The notes beneath the pieces were generated by a model. That model was not told where the DNA came from, ran no database searches, and saw only the letters and a program-made list of their open reading frames with translations. The translations under genes were made by a program, and so were the position numbers. From contig NC_043015.1 in the NCBI RefSeq assembly GCF_006345805.1, forward strand, positions 10,292,001 to 10,356,000: DNA of 64,000 bases, read 5' to 3'. Shown in pieces: positions 1-14,431 of the stretch. The stretch is from Octopus sinensis (taxonomy: Eukaryota). Every line of letters starts with the position of its first letter. Position 1 is the first letter of the stretch.

Positions 1-128
1 TATTTCAAGCATGGTGGTATCTCTTAGATTTCCTTATTTATGACTGTAATTACCATTATTTCCCATAAGCTTTTCTTCCCATGCTGTCACTTGATTTGAT
101 CGACATTTAAACTAATGATCGTATCCTT

Positions 129-164
129 ATGTATATAGAACTTTATATATGTATGTATATATGT

Positions 165-229
<65 letters not shown>

Positions 230-280
230 TATATATAGACAGATAGATAGATTGATAGAGAGAGAGAGAGAAAGAGAGAG
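129..280. repeat. Compound microsatellite (TA)n-(GATA)n-(GA)n, representative of dozens of such tracts in the window
   Basis: Read directly from the sequence. Confidence 0.95.
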
Positions 281-408
281 AAATCGCACTCCATATCGCA
301 GTTCACCTATCGCGGTAGGTTTGGGAACGTAACACCACCGATAGTCGACATTTTACTGTATATGTGTGTGTGAGTGTGTGTTTGTATGTATCTATATGTC
401 TATATATG

Positions 409-442
<34 letters not shown>

Positions 443-451
443 TGTAGCTAT

Positions 452-909
452 TTATCGTAACAGGTGGAGAAGGATTGTGCACAAGGGGCAACCACTTTTG
501 AGAAATCTCGAGTTGCACATGAGAAAGTGAGGAGGGATGTCAGGAAGGGCATCGCTGTTACACTTCCAGATGGGAAGGGTCTTCCATTGATGCTGACATG
601 CAATATCTGTGCAAGACCCTGCCTCAGTAAAGCTGAACTCAAGAGTTATCTTCGTAGTCATAAAGCGAGACGGATGAGTGACAACTGGCCACTGGTAGTT
701 GTGTAACACACCATACTGATCATATATGTCGGGCATGTGGAAGAGGGTGTAATTCGGCAGGAGGACTTAAACGACATGCAAAGGTACATGAAGCCCAGTT
801 ACAACTACAGCCGGCTATTACTGGTAAAGGTTTTAGTTGCCAATTCTGTACAAGACATTGTAGATCTTTAGCAGGGCTAAAAAGTAACATTCAATCACAG
901 TACCAGTAA
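452..909 (+). mobile_element. 3' fragment of an RTE-clade-like LINE ORF (frameshifted) ending in three C2H2 zinc fingers
   Basis: Frameshift-joined translation: YRNRWRRIVHKG/ATTFEKSRVAHEKVRRDVRK...TCNICARPCLSKAELKSYLRSH, then HICRACGRGCNSAGGLKRHAKVH (from 721) and FSCQFCTRHCRSLAGLKSNIQSQ. The DR..WR...GA..FE..R signature is typical of RTE C-termini. Confidence 0.7.
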
Positions 910-1654
910 CAGTTAAGCTTCGTGCAATGACCATACTCGATAACGAGGGGGCAGCCATAAATGTATGTTTGTATGTATATACGCATTACAATGTAATTCT
1001 AACTGTAAGAGTGTAAGAATTGTATTACTTATATTAAAGAAATAGGCATACATAAACGATTGTGCCAGATGTTGTTTCTTCATAAGTAACAGTAAAATAG
1101 GTATGCGTGAATGAAATGTTCTCCAATTATTTTTCAAACGATTCTGAATATATATGAATGTTTTCGGATAAAATTATATTCAGCGAAATGGAGAGAGGTG
1201 TTTCAGAAGATTTACCTCTCTCAGATTCCTTTCCTCATGACTTTCTGAAAATAGGCTAAATAGAAATTTCGACAAATGCATTCCAGTGTATGTAGATTAC
1301 ATTTATGTTGGAATTCAGTTTGAAAACTGGTGGGATAGCACATATATCTAGCGACGCATATTACATTGTCTGGAAACAAATATTTCAAAAATGATTTGAT
1401 ATAATTGAACCATGCCACATATGAAAGATTTTCCTATAATATTTCAATACAAATATCCATTTTTCTGAAAGATATAAGAAATAAATACGGTTGGGTGCAT
1501 ATGTGTAGATATGGCTCAGCTAAATCCGGCCGGTCACTATACAGCGTTACATGTGCGTTAATGGACGTCTGCAATGAACAAGTTTTTCTTAAAATACATA
1601 AGATCTAAATATATATACTTATATATATATATATACATACATATGTATGTATAT

Positions 1655-1765
<111 letters not shown>

Positions 1766-2074
1766 CATAAATATATATACAAAAAAAAATATATATATTA
1801 ATAATAAAATATTAGGGAATAAATCAAAACTTACAGGGAAAAATCAGATTTAGGATTCAATCCAATTTTATAGTATAAATATATTATATTATATCAAGTT
1901 AGAGATAAAACCACTATTAGGCAAATCAAACAATGGAAAACATAAGCCAATACATAAAATTAATTTAATTTATATTAGTTTAAAAATATATCAAAAGTAT
2001 TATAAGTTTAAAAAGGTAGACAGTATATATATATATATTTATATATATATATATACACATACATATATACATTT

Positions 2075-2200
2075 TGTTGTATCTGGTGAGAGTCACACTG
2101 CCTTAATATTAAAACGCTCACCGGTTCAATTTTCACTTATTCATTATTCATATTCAGTTTCCGAAATTTCCGTTGCATTCGTAAACCTGTCAATAGGTTT
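2075..2200 (+). repeat. Degenerate single-arm copy of the fold-back (Penelope-like) repeat family seen at 7496 and 21307
   Basis: TTGTATCTGGTGAGAGTCA...CTCACCGGTTCAATTTTCACTTATT resembles TTGTGTCTGGGGAGAGTCA...CTCACCGGTAAAATTTCCACTTATT. Confidence 0.6.
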
Positions 2201-4177
2201 TGAGTCTTTCCGCTGTCGGAATTGCGTTTGTTTTTTCTGTTTGTGCGCATGCTTGTGCGCCAACTTACATGTGTGTGTGTGTATGCTCGTGAATGTATGT
2301 ATTATGTATACAGGCATGTATTCATGTATGTATGCACGTAAGGCTTGATTGAAGGTTGGATGTACGTATGGACATATTGTGCATATTCGTGTTCTGGATA
2401 TTCGTGAATATGCAGAATATATACATACATACGTACACACACACATTCATGCATATATGCATAGACACACATACATACATACGTATATACATACCTGCCT
2501 ACATACATACACACGTGCATAAACTAGCACATATGCACACTGGCACATACACACACATGTGCGCACAAAGAGGAAAAAGGAAACGCATCTCCGATAACGG
2601 ACAGAGTTAACAATGATTGATACGGTTTTAAAAGCAACGGAAAGTTCGGAAAGAAATATAAATTATAGATATGTGGAAATTGGACAGGCAAATGTGTTAG
2701 ATATTAAGGCTGTATGACACACACGATACATATAATCCTGCAAAGGACCTATAATCATATAAGGAATGCTTGCATTGTAGTTCTCTGATTTATACTAGTG
2801 TTCAGTGAAAAAGTAAACACATTAGCTTTGCATAGATTGATATTGATATTTGAAATATTTATGAATGAGACAAAGATGACAATGGAGAAATTGTCATTTA
2901 GTCATCAGTAGTGTCAAAGATATTGAAATCAATATATGGAAATTTTTTTCTTACAGCCGTTTCCGTATCCAATTATTCCAATTATGGAAATTAAATTAAA
3001 TTGATTTAATTCAAACATTTCATATTGAAACGGGTTAATTGGGTATTTCATGATGGGATAATTTCCCAGAAAGAAGTTACATTCCAACGTGTTGGACGAT
3101 CGCTTGACATATATGAACGTTTTGGTAATATATGTATTTAAAAAGCGTTTTGGATTTTTTAAAACCCTTATTAGTAAATATATATATATTTAAACAAATA
3201 TGTATGATATTGTCGTGCGCATGCGTTTGTAATGCAAAATAGTTGTTATTGGTTGTGATGTTGAAGTTAAGGTGAACAAGGTCATATAGAAAGAGAGAGA
3301 CCTAGATTGAAAGAGAGAGACAGGGAGATTGAGAGTGAGAGAGCGGTAATTATCATCTTGTAATTGCGCATGCGTTTATTAAAATATGGAAGCCAAGAAA
3401 AAATTGACGTGTCAAAAACTGCTAATTAAATATCAAGTTATAATATCTCGTCATCCATATTTCTGCGCAATACTCATAGTCAATACAGCTATGTAAATAA
3501 AGTAAAACATAAACGTTGCCAAATACATTTGATAAAAATGTTATATAAAAACCTAAAATTACTAAACCACAACTACTAAAAAACTCAATACAGCTTACTT
3601 TAACTTAGTTTAATAATTATATTATAAAATATCAATGACATTTTCATGAGAAACTTACTTAATTAAATTTAGAGCAAATGACAATGTGTCATTCCTCCTC
3701 ATGAAATCTCTGGAATAGCGATTTCCACCAGTGTATCAAACTTAAAATGTATTCGGTTTGAGATAATGACGAGGTGCTGGAGCAGACTACAATATATGAC
3801 TACTAATTTTGCATGAAATGGGTATGTAATCGTGGTTGTTCAATTAAATGTGCATTGTCAATATTATTGACATTAAAATTTTCAATGCCTTTCAATAATT
3901 TTAGCAAATTGTCAATGTTAGATTGAGGTCCGTTTTCGATAAAGGTTCATTCTCTTCAGGAATATTTTATAATTCTACAAGAATAATAAATATTCATCTC
4001 GAAAATTATGAGCCACTTTCCATCCCAAAATACTTAATCATAGATCCAAAATTGGGATGGATCGGATTACCTATATTTTTCGGTATCCTGGTTTTGTTTT
4101 GTTTTTGGGGCTGAATAGAGTAAATTTTTCTTTCTGTGAAGTGTCTACGGGCTGATTATCGTCGCACACACACGCGC

Positions 4178-4233
<56 letters not shown>

Positions 4234-5242
4234 GTGTGTGTATGTGTGTGTGTATTTAAATATAAACACGCACACACATGCACAGATACATACATATGTA
4301 CGTTATCCCTCCGGGAAGTATGTTGTCAATAACGGTGGAGTATTCCTCACCATTATCTTGAAAGTATTTATTGAATAATCTGATAAAGCCTTGACGTATC
4401 TTAGATTTTTTAATAGTTTCATATCCGTTGAATAAAGTGAGTGATATCGGTTAAATGTAGCATTTATGAAATTGTCATTTACGAAAATTATCACACAAAC
4501 ACGCACTCATGCACACACACGCAGACACGTGCCTCTTTTGGAATCAGAACCGTGTACAGGCTGAAAACGATTTATTATTCTCGACAGTGGTGAACATCTT
4601 AAGATAAGATGATACTCAGAGTACATCTCATGACGATAGTCAGAGTACACAGGCAACGTATATCTTACAAACGTTTTATAACCAGAGAAGAAAAATATAT
4701 CTTGCACTAATCTATGCCGTATGTGAAAACACATGATATCTACTTAGAATCAAACGGATAAATTCAAATTTATAATTCCATAATATCGTATCACAGGTAC
4801 AGACAACATTTATATTTTACTGATATCTAACGTGCTGCTTATTTGTAACATTATTTGCTGACAAATCTTAAAGACGAAAGGCGAGATGTGGTTTCAATGA
4901 AACAGAATAGTTTTGGTTATTGTAACTACTTACAATTGTCAACGAATCATTTAATTATTTATTCTTGTTACCATTGAACATATTGTGTTTGAATTGATTA
5001 GTAAGGAGGAAAAAGATGTTGCTCTTTTTTCCATAGCTTAATGTTTTTTCTAAGCTACTTATAATATTTCTTTCTTATCTTGTCATTTATTCAACAAAAA
5101 TTGGTAGATCGTTGTACATTATACATTTATACCACATGGACACTGAGATATATATTGTTGTACATGGATGTTTAAATATTCATGAGATTTTCTTGAACTT
5201 ACAATATATCACCATCATTATATGTATAATATCCCTTGACAG

Positions 5243-5460
5243 AAGGCAGCGAGCTGGCAGAATCGTTAGCACGCCGGACGAAATGCTTAGCAGTATGTCT
5301 CGCCCATCTTTACGTTCTCAGTTCAAATTCCGCCAAGGTCGACTTTGCCTTTCATCCTTTCAGGGTCGATACATTAAGTTTCATTTACGTACTATGGTCG
5401 CTCTAATCGGCTAGCCCCCGACCTATAAATTTCGGACCTTCTGTCTAGAGTAGTAAGGAA
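5243..5460 (+). mobile_element. tRNA-derived SINE, family 1
   Basis: Head GGCAGCGAGCTGGCAGAATCGTTAGC, B-box-like GTTCAAATTCC, central GCCTTTCATCCTTTCAGGGTCGAT. Homologous to the copies at 38950, 49345 and 54510. Confidence 0.85.
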
Positions 5461-6710
5461 TATTCATTGAGAGTTTGTCATTTTTGAAGGGGAGCTATCT
5501 GCTGTTGAGACGATTCTGAGGATTGAATAAGTATTTTGATTCAGGAAAAATATTATTTCGACATCGAATGATGTCGTATTCTCAGTTGGAATGCGTGTGA
5601 ATTGTTATTTGTAATTATATTTGCAAAATATGTGCGATTCATGATGCGGCCATACCTACAGTTCACCATTCTTAAGCGTAAACTGCAGGTTACTACAAGT
5701 GCATATCAAAATCCTTTTTGTCATCATATATCAAGTTCCTTGTGTTTTGGATATATGATGTTCGTTTACATATATTCTAATGAAAAATATATTGGTGGAT
5801 ATATATATATATGTATATCAAAGTAATTAGATATATCAGGATCATTGAATAATAAGCTCAATTTCATCGAACACAGTCACTCCTACCCCAAACTAGATTC
5901 TGAGCTGTTGCAGGGTTATTCAAAGTTACTATCTGAATGGAGCAAACTAAAATTAAATGTTTTGTTTCGCTCAAGAACACAAAACATCGACCGGTCCTAC
6001 AATCGAAATCAAAATCTTTCCACCATGGGAACAACATTATTAACCAGTTTGTTGCGCGCTTCTGCACAAACACACATACGCACATACACACACAGCCACC
6101 ATATATTACATATATATATACATCCTGTAAGTATGATGAAGAAGAATACAGACCACACGATAGGGGCAAAGTTTAAAAATTAAGGTATTATCTCAACACT
6201 GCTACTCATTGCTACAGAAAAACATGTAGCAATGAGTAGCAATGAGTAACAAACTGAGAAAACAAGCGCAGGGTAAGGATGAAGATGAGAAATGTCGTCT
6301 GGGAAACGTGAGTACTATGGAAGACATGTTTATTAATGTCTTTCTCTAAAGTGATGTTAAATAGGATTTGATGCATTTTACTTTCTGTGAAATAGACGTA
6401 TGTATAGATGTGATTGAACGTAAGTATAGAGTCACTGCTTTGTTTGGGTGTGTAGAGTAGTTGGGCGTATATAATTGTTAGTTGGGTGGTAAAAATCGTT
6501 CATAGCGCTTTGTAACACAAATTGGGTTTTCCGGTTGCTACCGAGTAACAAGTCAAAATCGCTTCCCAAAATCCGAATAAGTTATTCGTAGTCCCATACT
6601 TTTCTCATATGTTTTTTTTCTTTTATGAGAGCTTTTTCAACAGATTGCTTCCGCAGCGAAATCCCTTGCTTAAATAAAATGTAGATGAACATCTTAATTA
6701 TTATTGTATA

Positions 6711-7122
6711 GGTGTAGGAGTGGTTGTGTTGTAAGTAGCTTGTTTACGAACCACATGGTTCCGGGTTCAGTCTCACTGCGTGGCACTTTGGGCAAGTGTC
6801 TTCTACTATAGCTTCGGGTCGACCAAAGCCTTGTGAGTGGATTTAGTAGACGGAAACTGAAAGAAGCCCGTCGTATATATGTATATATATGTCTCTGTGT
6901 GTGTGTGTGTGTGTGTCTGTGAGTCTCTGCCCCCAACAGCGCTTGACAACCGATGCTGGTGTGTTTACGTCACTGTAACTTAGCGGTTCGGCAAAAGCGA
7001 CTGATAGAATAAGTACTAGGCTAACAAAGAATAAGTCCTGGGGTCGATTTGATCGACTAAAGGCGGTGCTCCAGCATGGCCACAGTCAAATGACTGGAAC
7101 AAGTAAAATGATAAAATAGTAA
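6711..7122 (+). mobile_element. tRNA-derived SINE, family 2 (internal TA/TG microsatellite)
   Basis: GGTTCCGGGTTCAGTC B-box region, GGCACTTTGGGCAAGTGTCTT core, 3' GGCGGTGCTCCAGCATGGCC...AAGTAAAA. Co-linear with the copy at 16153. Confidence 0.85.
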
Positions 7123-7443
7123 AAATAGTAAATACTATGCATATATGATGTTCAAAATAGTTTCACCGTCTTCTCGCCAAACAGAAACGTATGTCTTTGT
7201 TGTGCCTGTATATAACGAGAACCGTCCTTATAGAACTACAAACGTGCAAACGTTGATTAACAGTACGTAGCTTAAAATACCCCTGAAAAGAATCTTACGG
7301 GACTATTTATTCAAGAAAAGATTTGATTCTATGAGAGTATACACAAATGACTTCATACCAGTCTTCTATTCAACGCTGCTTCTTTTGACCCTTTCTCTCT
7401 CTCTCTCTCTGATACACATCCATTCACATGTGAATACATGTGC

Positions 7444-7493
<50 letters not shown>

Positions 7494-7495
7494 AT

Positions 7496-7691
7496 ATTGT
7501 TTCTGGGGAGAGTCATTCCCTTTTGGTGCCTAATAAGTTAACACATGCACCGGTAAAATTTCCACTTATTTCTTTTTTTTATTTTCCCAAAACTTTCGTT
7601 ACGGAAATTATAATGCACGACAAGAGAACGGCTCTCCCAGGCAGAACAGAATATGTTTCAACATACGAACTCACATAACGAATCTTTCGCA

Positions 7692-7692
<1 letters not shown>
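7496..7692. repeat. Internally deleted fold-back repeat (same family as 21307-21590)
   Basis: Left arm TGTTTCTGGGGAGAGTCATTCC and inverted right arm GAACGGCTCTCCCAGGCAGAACA, followed by the same tail (CAGAATATGTTTCAACA...GAACTCA) as at 21531. Confidence 0.7.
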
Positions 7693-7724
<32 letters not shown>

Positions 7725-7725
7725 A

Positions 7726-7821
<96 letters not shown>

Positions 7822-7848
7822 GTTATTATTATTATCATTGTCATCATC

Positions 7849-7911
<63 letters not shown>

Positions 7912-7977
7912 TATCATCATCATCATCATCATTATTATTATTATTATTATTATCATCATCATCATCATCATTATTAT
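7692..7977. repeat. Compound microsatellite (TA)n-(TTA)n-(TCA)n
   Basis: Read directly from the sequence. Confidence 0.95.
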
Positions 7978-8667
7978 ATGCATTAGAAAAGTTTCTATTT
8001 TACAATAGTTACTTCTAATTAGGTTGAAAAAACTAAAATAAATAGATAAAAGACATACAACACAAGGAACCTGTTTTTTTTAATGAGAATTGGTAATAAA
8101 ATTGGAATTTCTCAGATTCTTCTTCACAGTTTGGATTTGGAAACAGTTATACTCAGACCGACTTACCTTCTTGTTAATGTTAAACGTGTTGTACGTTACT
8201 TTACTTCCAGCTATGATTAATATTTATGTATAATGTCACTTTCTATATTTGGAATTCTACGTTATCCGTTTAAAATATTGGTTATTAATTAGCCATAGGC
8301 CTCGCAAAACTTTTCATCTAATAAACATTTGGAAAATACTTTCATTTTACAGTTACTTTTCAACATATATGAAATGTAACTAAAAAACAAAGAAGATTAT
8401 TATATATTTAACCTTTTTCTTTCCAGATTATAAATGATTTTGAAACTCAGGTTGAACGATATGAATATCGCACGAATTCAGATTCGATGATGTATTTGAT
8501 GATTTAGATCATCGTAGTATTAAAATTAACGTAAATTTTTGACTGGCATTTAAAAATTTTAACTGTTTATTCTAAACTTGAATTAAACTGCGCTATATTA
8601 AAAGTTCCATTAGTTTTTAATTATTATTAATCAATTAGATACCTAATATAAGCATTATTTACTTATA

Positions 8668-9118
8668 AGGGTATACAAGGCCCATACATCACAACAACTT
8701 GTGCGCAACATGGTGATCTCATATCACGATAAACAGTGAATGAACTTGCAGGTGAGGCCCAGTTAGAATTTTCTTCAGATCGAGAAATACTTCCCACTCA
8801 AAAGATCCCTGAATGAGGGTCATTTAAGAATGTTTCCAAATGTCACTTATCCAAACCCAATCTAATTCCTCTCAACACATAGCTATGATGCTTCCCCACA
8901 CCTTCTCCTCGTCATGCGATATGAACTTACCGTTAGCCAATGAGGGACATGCTCAACTAGTTAATGCCTATCAACTGACAAGCAAATCTGTGGTATTGAG
9001 TAAAATATTTGGTGTAGCCCATCTTTTGTACCAAGACTAGACGATGTACATAACAATTCCAATCAGTTAAGATCAGAAGCCATGAGGGCCACTGACTGAC
9101 ACTGCATCAGAGCGTTAT
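8668..9118 (-). mobile_element. Non-coding interspersed element abutting a TTC/TTA tract; same family as 55257-55517
   Basis: The reverse complement of 8668-8835 aligns with 55257-55430 (e.g. ACATGGTGATCTCATATC, TTGCAGGTGRGGCCCAGTTAGAATTT, TCCCTGAAT). Confidence 0.75.
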
Positions 9119-9132
9119 CAATATTTCTTCTT

Positions 9133-9163
<31 letters not shown>

Positions 9164-9225
9164 TTATTATTATTATTATTATTATTATCATTATTATATT
9201 ATTATTATTATATTATTATTATTAT

Positions 9226-9281
<56 letters not shown>

Positions 9282-9797
9282 ATAGTAATAGCAGTAGTAG
9301 TAGTAGTAGTATCATCATCATCATCATAATCATTATTAGTATTATATTTGTTTTTGTAGTTATCTTTATCTTTTTATCGTTGCTGTCATCACCAAACTCG
9401 ACGGGGATAAAATCCACCCAAATCGCTACAACTAGTAATAAAAAAATCGAGATACTCCCATATTGATATAATATACAAAAACCTAGAAATGAGGTGGCAA
9501 TAGATTTAGGTATGACAACAGGAATTCAGTTGCATGTGTCACGTCTGGAAAGTATTTTAATCATGACACATTAGACAATAGTCCAACAGCTATGAAACCA
9601 AACCGATGATATAAACACACTCAACAACTATAGATATAGTGCCAATATCTGAGGCGCTAATAAATGTTTCAATCTATGATGATTGAAAGATCTCCAGCTT
9701 TATCTTCTAAGTTTTATTTGATTTCCATCTCACTTTACCATTATTGAAATACTACTCATCTATCACGCGCAACATAGGTACCATATACATTTGTTAG

Positions 9798-9832
<35 letters not shown>

Positions 9833-9857
9833 TATAGAGAGAGAGAGAGAGAGAGAG

Positions 9858-9902
<45 letters not shown>

Positions 9903-9982
9903 TAGATATAGATAGATAGATAGATAGGTAGCTGGGCTCTATTATAAATATGTGTGTATATATATATATATTCATATATATG

Positions 9983-10015
<33 letters not shown>

Positions 10016-10250
10016 TATAATATATATATATATTTATGTATATATATATATTTTGACATATACACACTTATCAATGTATTTATATAATAGAGAATATAAT
10101 ATATCTACATAATATTAACACACACATATATACATGTACAAAAACACTCCTACATACACAGGCACACACACACACATATATATATATTATATATATATAT
10201 ACATATACAGACATGCACACGCACACACACATATACATACACACACACAT

Positions 10251-10282
<32 letters not shown>

Positions 10283-11119
10283 TATATATATATATAAATA
10301 AGCAAACTTTATATATATTAGAAATGTATACATACAAGGACACGACATATGGAAACAAAATCCTACATACATATAACAGTATTCAAAACTACCTGCAAGT
10401 ATATATGTGAAAAGTATATAGATACGTATGTGTGCGACTTTCTGTGTATGCGTATATGTGTTTAAGTGTATATATATATGGATGTATATGCATGTGTAGA
10501 TAAGTATATATACATAGACATATATACATATATACACCCAACACCACACACATACACATATTCATGTACTTATGCATGCAATATATATATATATATATGT
10601 ATATATATAATATATATATATATATATTATATATATATATATATAATATATATATATATATACATGTACATATGTATGTACGCATGAATGTATGTAAGTA
10701 TTTATGTATACATATGTGTGTATATCCCAGCTTTTACTTAAAGAATACGTATATCCAATATAAAATCTTATGTCCTCCAGAGATGTAATCTTCTGACATA
10801 ATTTAAATAATGGAAGATTTTCTAAATATTAAAATTTTAGAATTAATATCTCTCGATATTTTCTGCACGACGTATTTAAGTAGATTTATTTGAAATGAAA
10901 TTTTTGATAAATAAACAAACAAATGAATAAAAATAATGTCCTTCTTTAAAATGCAATTACTAAATGGCGTGTCAGTAAAACTTTAAAGATAAGAATGTTA
11001 CAGTGATTTGGAACATACTTGTAAAATATACAGAATGTTCGGTCGAAATGTGACAGTTTGCGTCGAATGAAAGGAAAATACAATATGCTACCTAAAAATA
11101 AATGCATTTCAAAAAATCA

Positions 11120-11640
11120 AACAACGTCAACCACTGTATGACTGACATGAAACTTTTTACTCAAGACGGATCCAAATGCTGGCGCATGCGTACTTCATTG
11201 TTCCTATAAACAGTTCTCCGGTCTTTCCCATCCTCTCGCTCTTGGTTTCAGGTGTGTATTTTGGTGTTTTCCCATCCGCTCCCCACACATAATTATCCGT
11301 AGGATTACAATGAGGCGGATAAGGATGCAAGATATTTGGGTTGATGAAATCGTAGAAATTCTCCAACAAACACTTTTGTCTCATTCCAGTGATATGACAA
11401 TGAACTGAAAATTGCTGCCAACATGGTATTCTCGCAGCAATCTTCTGCTACTATTTCACCACAGTCTAAAGAGGCTCCACATAGCCATCTAAAATGGATC
11501 TAGAACCTTGTACTAAATTGTGGTACTGCATGACGTCACCCTAACTCAAGACATTCAGAGACCGTCAGTATTTGAAGGAACTGTTTTTCATGATGTTCAT
11601 GTCACATCTTAAGGGCTACACAATTTTCACAGTACATTGA
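11120..11640 (-). mobile_element. Decayed Tc1/mariner (maT/DD37D-like) transposase fragment
   Basis: ORF 11157..11384 contains ENFYDFINPNILHPYPPHCNPTDNYVWGA, matching the WPPNSPDCNPLDYxVWG catalytic motif. Confidence 0.75.
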
Positions 11641-12342
11641 GCTGCAGTCAATATTTTGGCACGTTCATATCTAGTGCCATTCATCATGATAGAAGTAATT
11701 TTGAAAAAATTCACATGTCTTCCTGCCCCCCATGTCAGTAAATTTTTATAAACTGCAAATTAAATGCTTTCCAAAGCTGAAGATTGTTCACCAATATCTC
11801 GATCTGTCCCTGAAGACAGGAAGCATAAAGAATCGTCAAATTTCGACTGAACACAATGTATATATATATATGCTTTTGTAGAGAATATGTTTACGTTAAC
11901 ATTATGCGATAGGTACAATAAATTTTATATTATTTATATATAAACTAGTTTTCAATCCTATTACTGGTAATAACCTATGATATGGTTCATGTAAATTATT
12001 ATATATGTTATATTATATTCTAGTATATCAACCACAATGCTACATTACCAGGATTCGTAACAAATGAACACCCAACATCAATTCATCTATTCATAATTTA
12101 TATTTAGACTTAGACGGGAACGTATAGACGACTTGCTTCATTGAGTGTCGAATGAAATGATAAATGAAAAAAGTTGACAAGTAATTTAACACGAGATTGT
12201 ATTCATACTATTATTCATTGCGTAGGAAAATCAGTACTTGCTGCAAATATGGTAAGAGGTCGGCGAAAAATACTTCCGGGATTATCTTCTCCATTCCCTA
12301 GGAATAGAAAACATCATCTTGGAAATATTTCTACGTATATAT

Positions 12343-12384
<42 letters not shown>

Positions 12385-12390
12385 TATATA

Positions 12391-12429
<39 letters not shown>

Positions 12430-13696
12430 AGACATACATGTATATATATATATATATTTTCTATACTTGCATACATGCATACGTATATTTCTCGAGAATT
12501 ATAGACATTTAAGATTAGTGCTACGTCTTCGATCGGTCTCGCATTATATCTCTCGCAGAAGCTACATTATACATGACCGGTACATTGACTCAAATATTCC
12601 TCGCAAATGTGTATGTAAATCAAAAATTAATAGCGAACGGTTAAATCTAAATTGCCATGAGCAAAAGATATTTAACACTGAAATGAAGTTATAGAACATC
12701 TGTAATAACCTATATCGAATTAATAACATAAAACTCTGGGTGTTTCCTAGAATTTTCAATGAACATTCTGGCTTTATGATTTGTATGCTGTATGTATTTT
12801 AAAATGTTGTTATAAATTATTGATTAAAGCTATGCTTAGTATATCAATGATGGTATAAGGCTAAATATTAACAAAATGAATGACAGCTAAATGTACAGAT
12901 TTCAATATTAAAAACAAAATGCGAAAACTTTACAATATAGAAAAAATTATATAATTATGAAGACAAACTAATGCAGAGTGAACAACCAATATTTTGAAAT
13001 CATTTGCTAGTTGGCACTTCAAATTGAGTATCTCTGAAGTAAAGTCTCTATTTATGTATTTATAGGTAAGTGCGTGATCACCGAAGAGAAATTTCATAGC
13101 AAGGGTACTTTTGATAGCTAACCTGATAATACTGCAGAAGAAAATCCTATTAAGTCTCTAGCTATTATACCAATAGAAGTTCCTCGTGGTTATGACATTT
13201 AATGCGCTGGCAAGCGGATTCAGGTTAAACCCAACCCAGTGACGAAGACATATCCAGTTATCTCTACAAAATTGAAAAGAAGCACACTAAATGCATTGCA
13301 TGATTAATTTTCAGTGAATTTTTTGTACGCTAACTGCAATATTTGACCAAAGGTCCCTTCGGCAGTGTACACTATCTTCCAAATAATCGGATTCGCTCTC
13401 TGGTTATTGAAAAATATTTTAATTCTCAATATAATACTAGCATGTAATCGACCATTTTCAAGAATCTGCAAAAAGTTTATAGACACTATAAATACACGTC
13501 TGACAAGACATGACAACCACATCATTATAGTTACAAAGAAAGTAAGATGAATGTATAAAATCATTTTAAGTATGTGGGCGACATGTGAGTACAAGTTATT
13601 TTAGGTAGAACATCAACGAAATAAAAAAAAAGCATCTTTACGCAAATATTATTACACAGGCTTATACACACAGGCACGCACACACACAAATATATA

Positions 13697-13751
<55 letters not shown>

Positions 13752-14369
13752 TACGTATATATGTTTGTATGTATTATTTCATGTATATATATATATTATA
13801 ATATGTATATATATATATACATATACATATATATGTACATATATCTATCTATATATATATGTGTATATATATATATATATATATACATATATTATACATA
13901 TATCTGTATGTATGTATTTATGTATATATTTATGTATTTACTTTTACGTATTTATAACTATATATAAGCTCATCTTGAAAAATTTTGCAGCTCTGTTATG
14001 ACATTTAGGAGAATAAGACTATGACATAAAAAAGTATTGTAAGATCCGACAGTGTAATATCAATTACGTGTCTAAACTGATATAGTGTATGCGACAGTAA
14101 TGACTTTAAAAAAAATCAATGTGAATCTGGTATATGCGACAGACCATAATAATTATTTTAAGTGCATTACTAAAATAGAGGAATGCGACAAATCTCAACT
14201 TTTGAACAAATGAAAACTAAAGAAGTCAACTGCGCTGAATAATGGAAAAAGTGCATTCTGACATTGCGTTTGTTTGAATGAATTTATATGTTTTAGGTGA
14301 TACTTATGAGTATATCTATATATCAAACTTTCTCTCTATCGCTCTCTCTCTCTCTCTCACTCTCTCTTC

Positions 14370-14423
<54 letters not shown>

Positions 14424-14431
14424 CGATAAAC

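Noticed and set aside
13304-13594. 96-aa minus-strand ORF
   Set aside because: No convincing domain motif.
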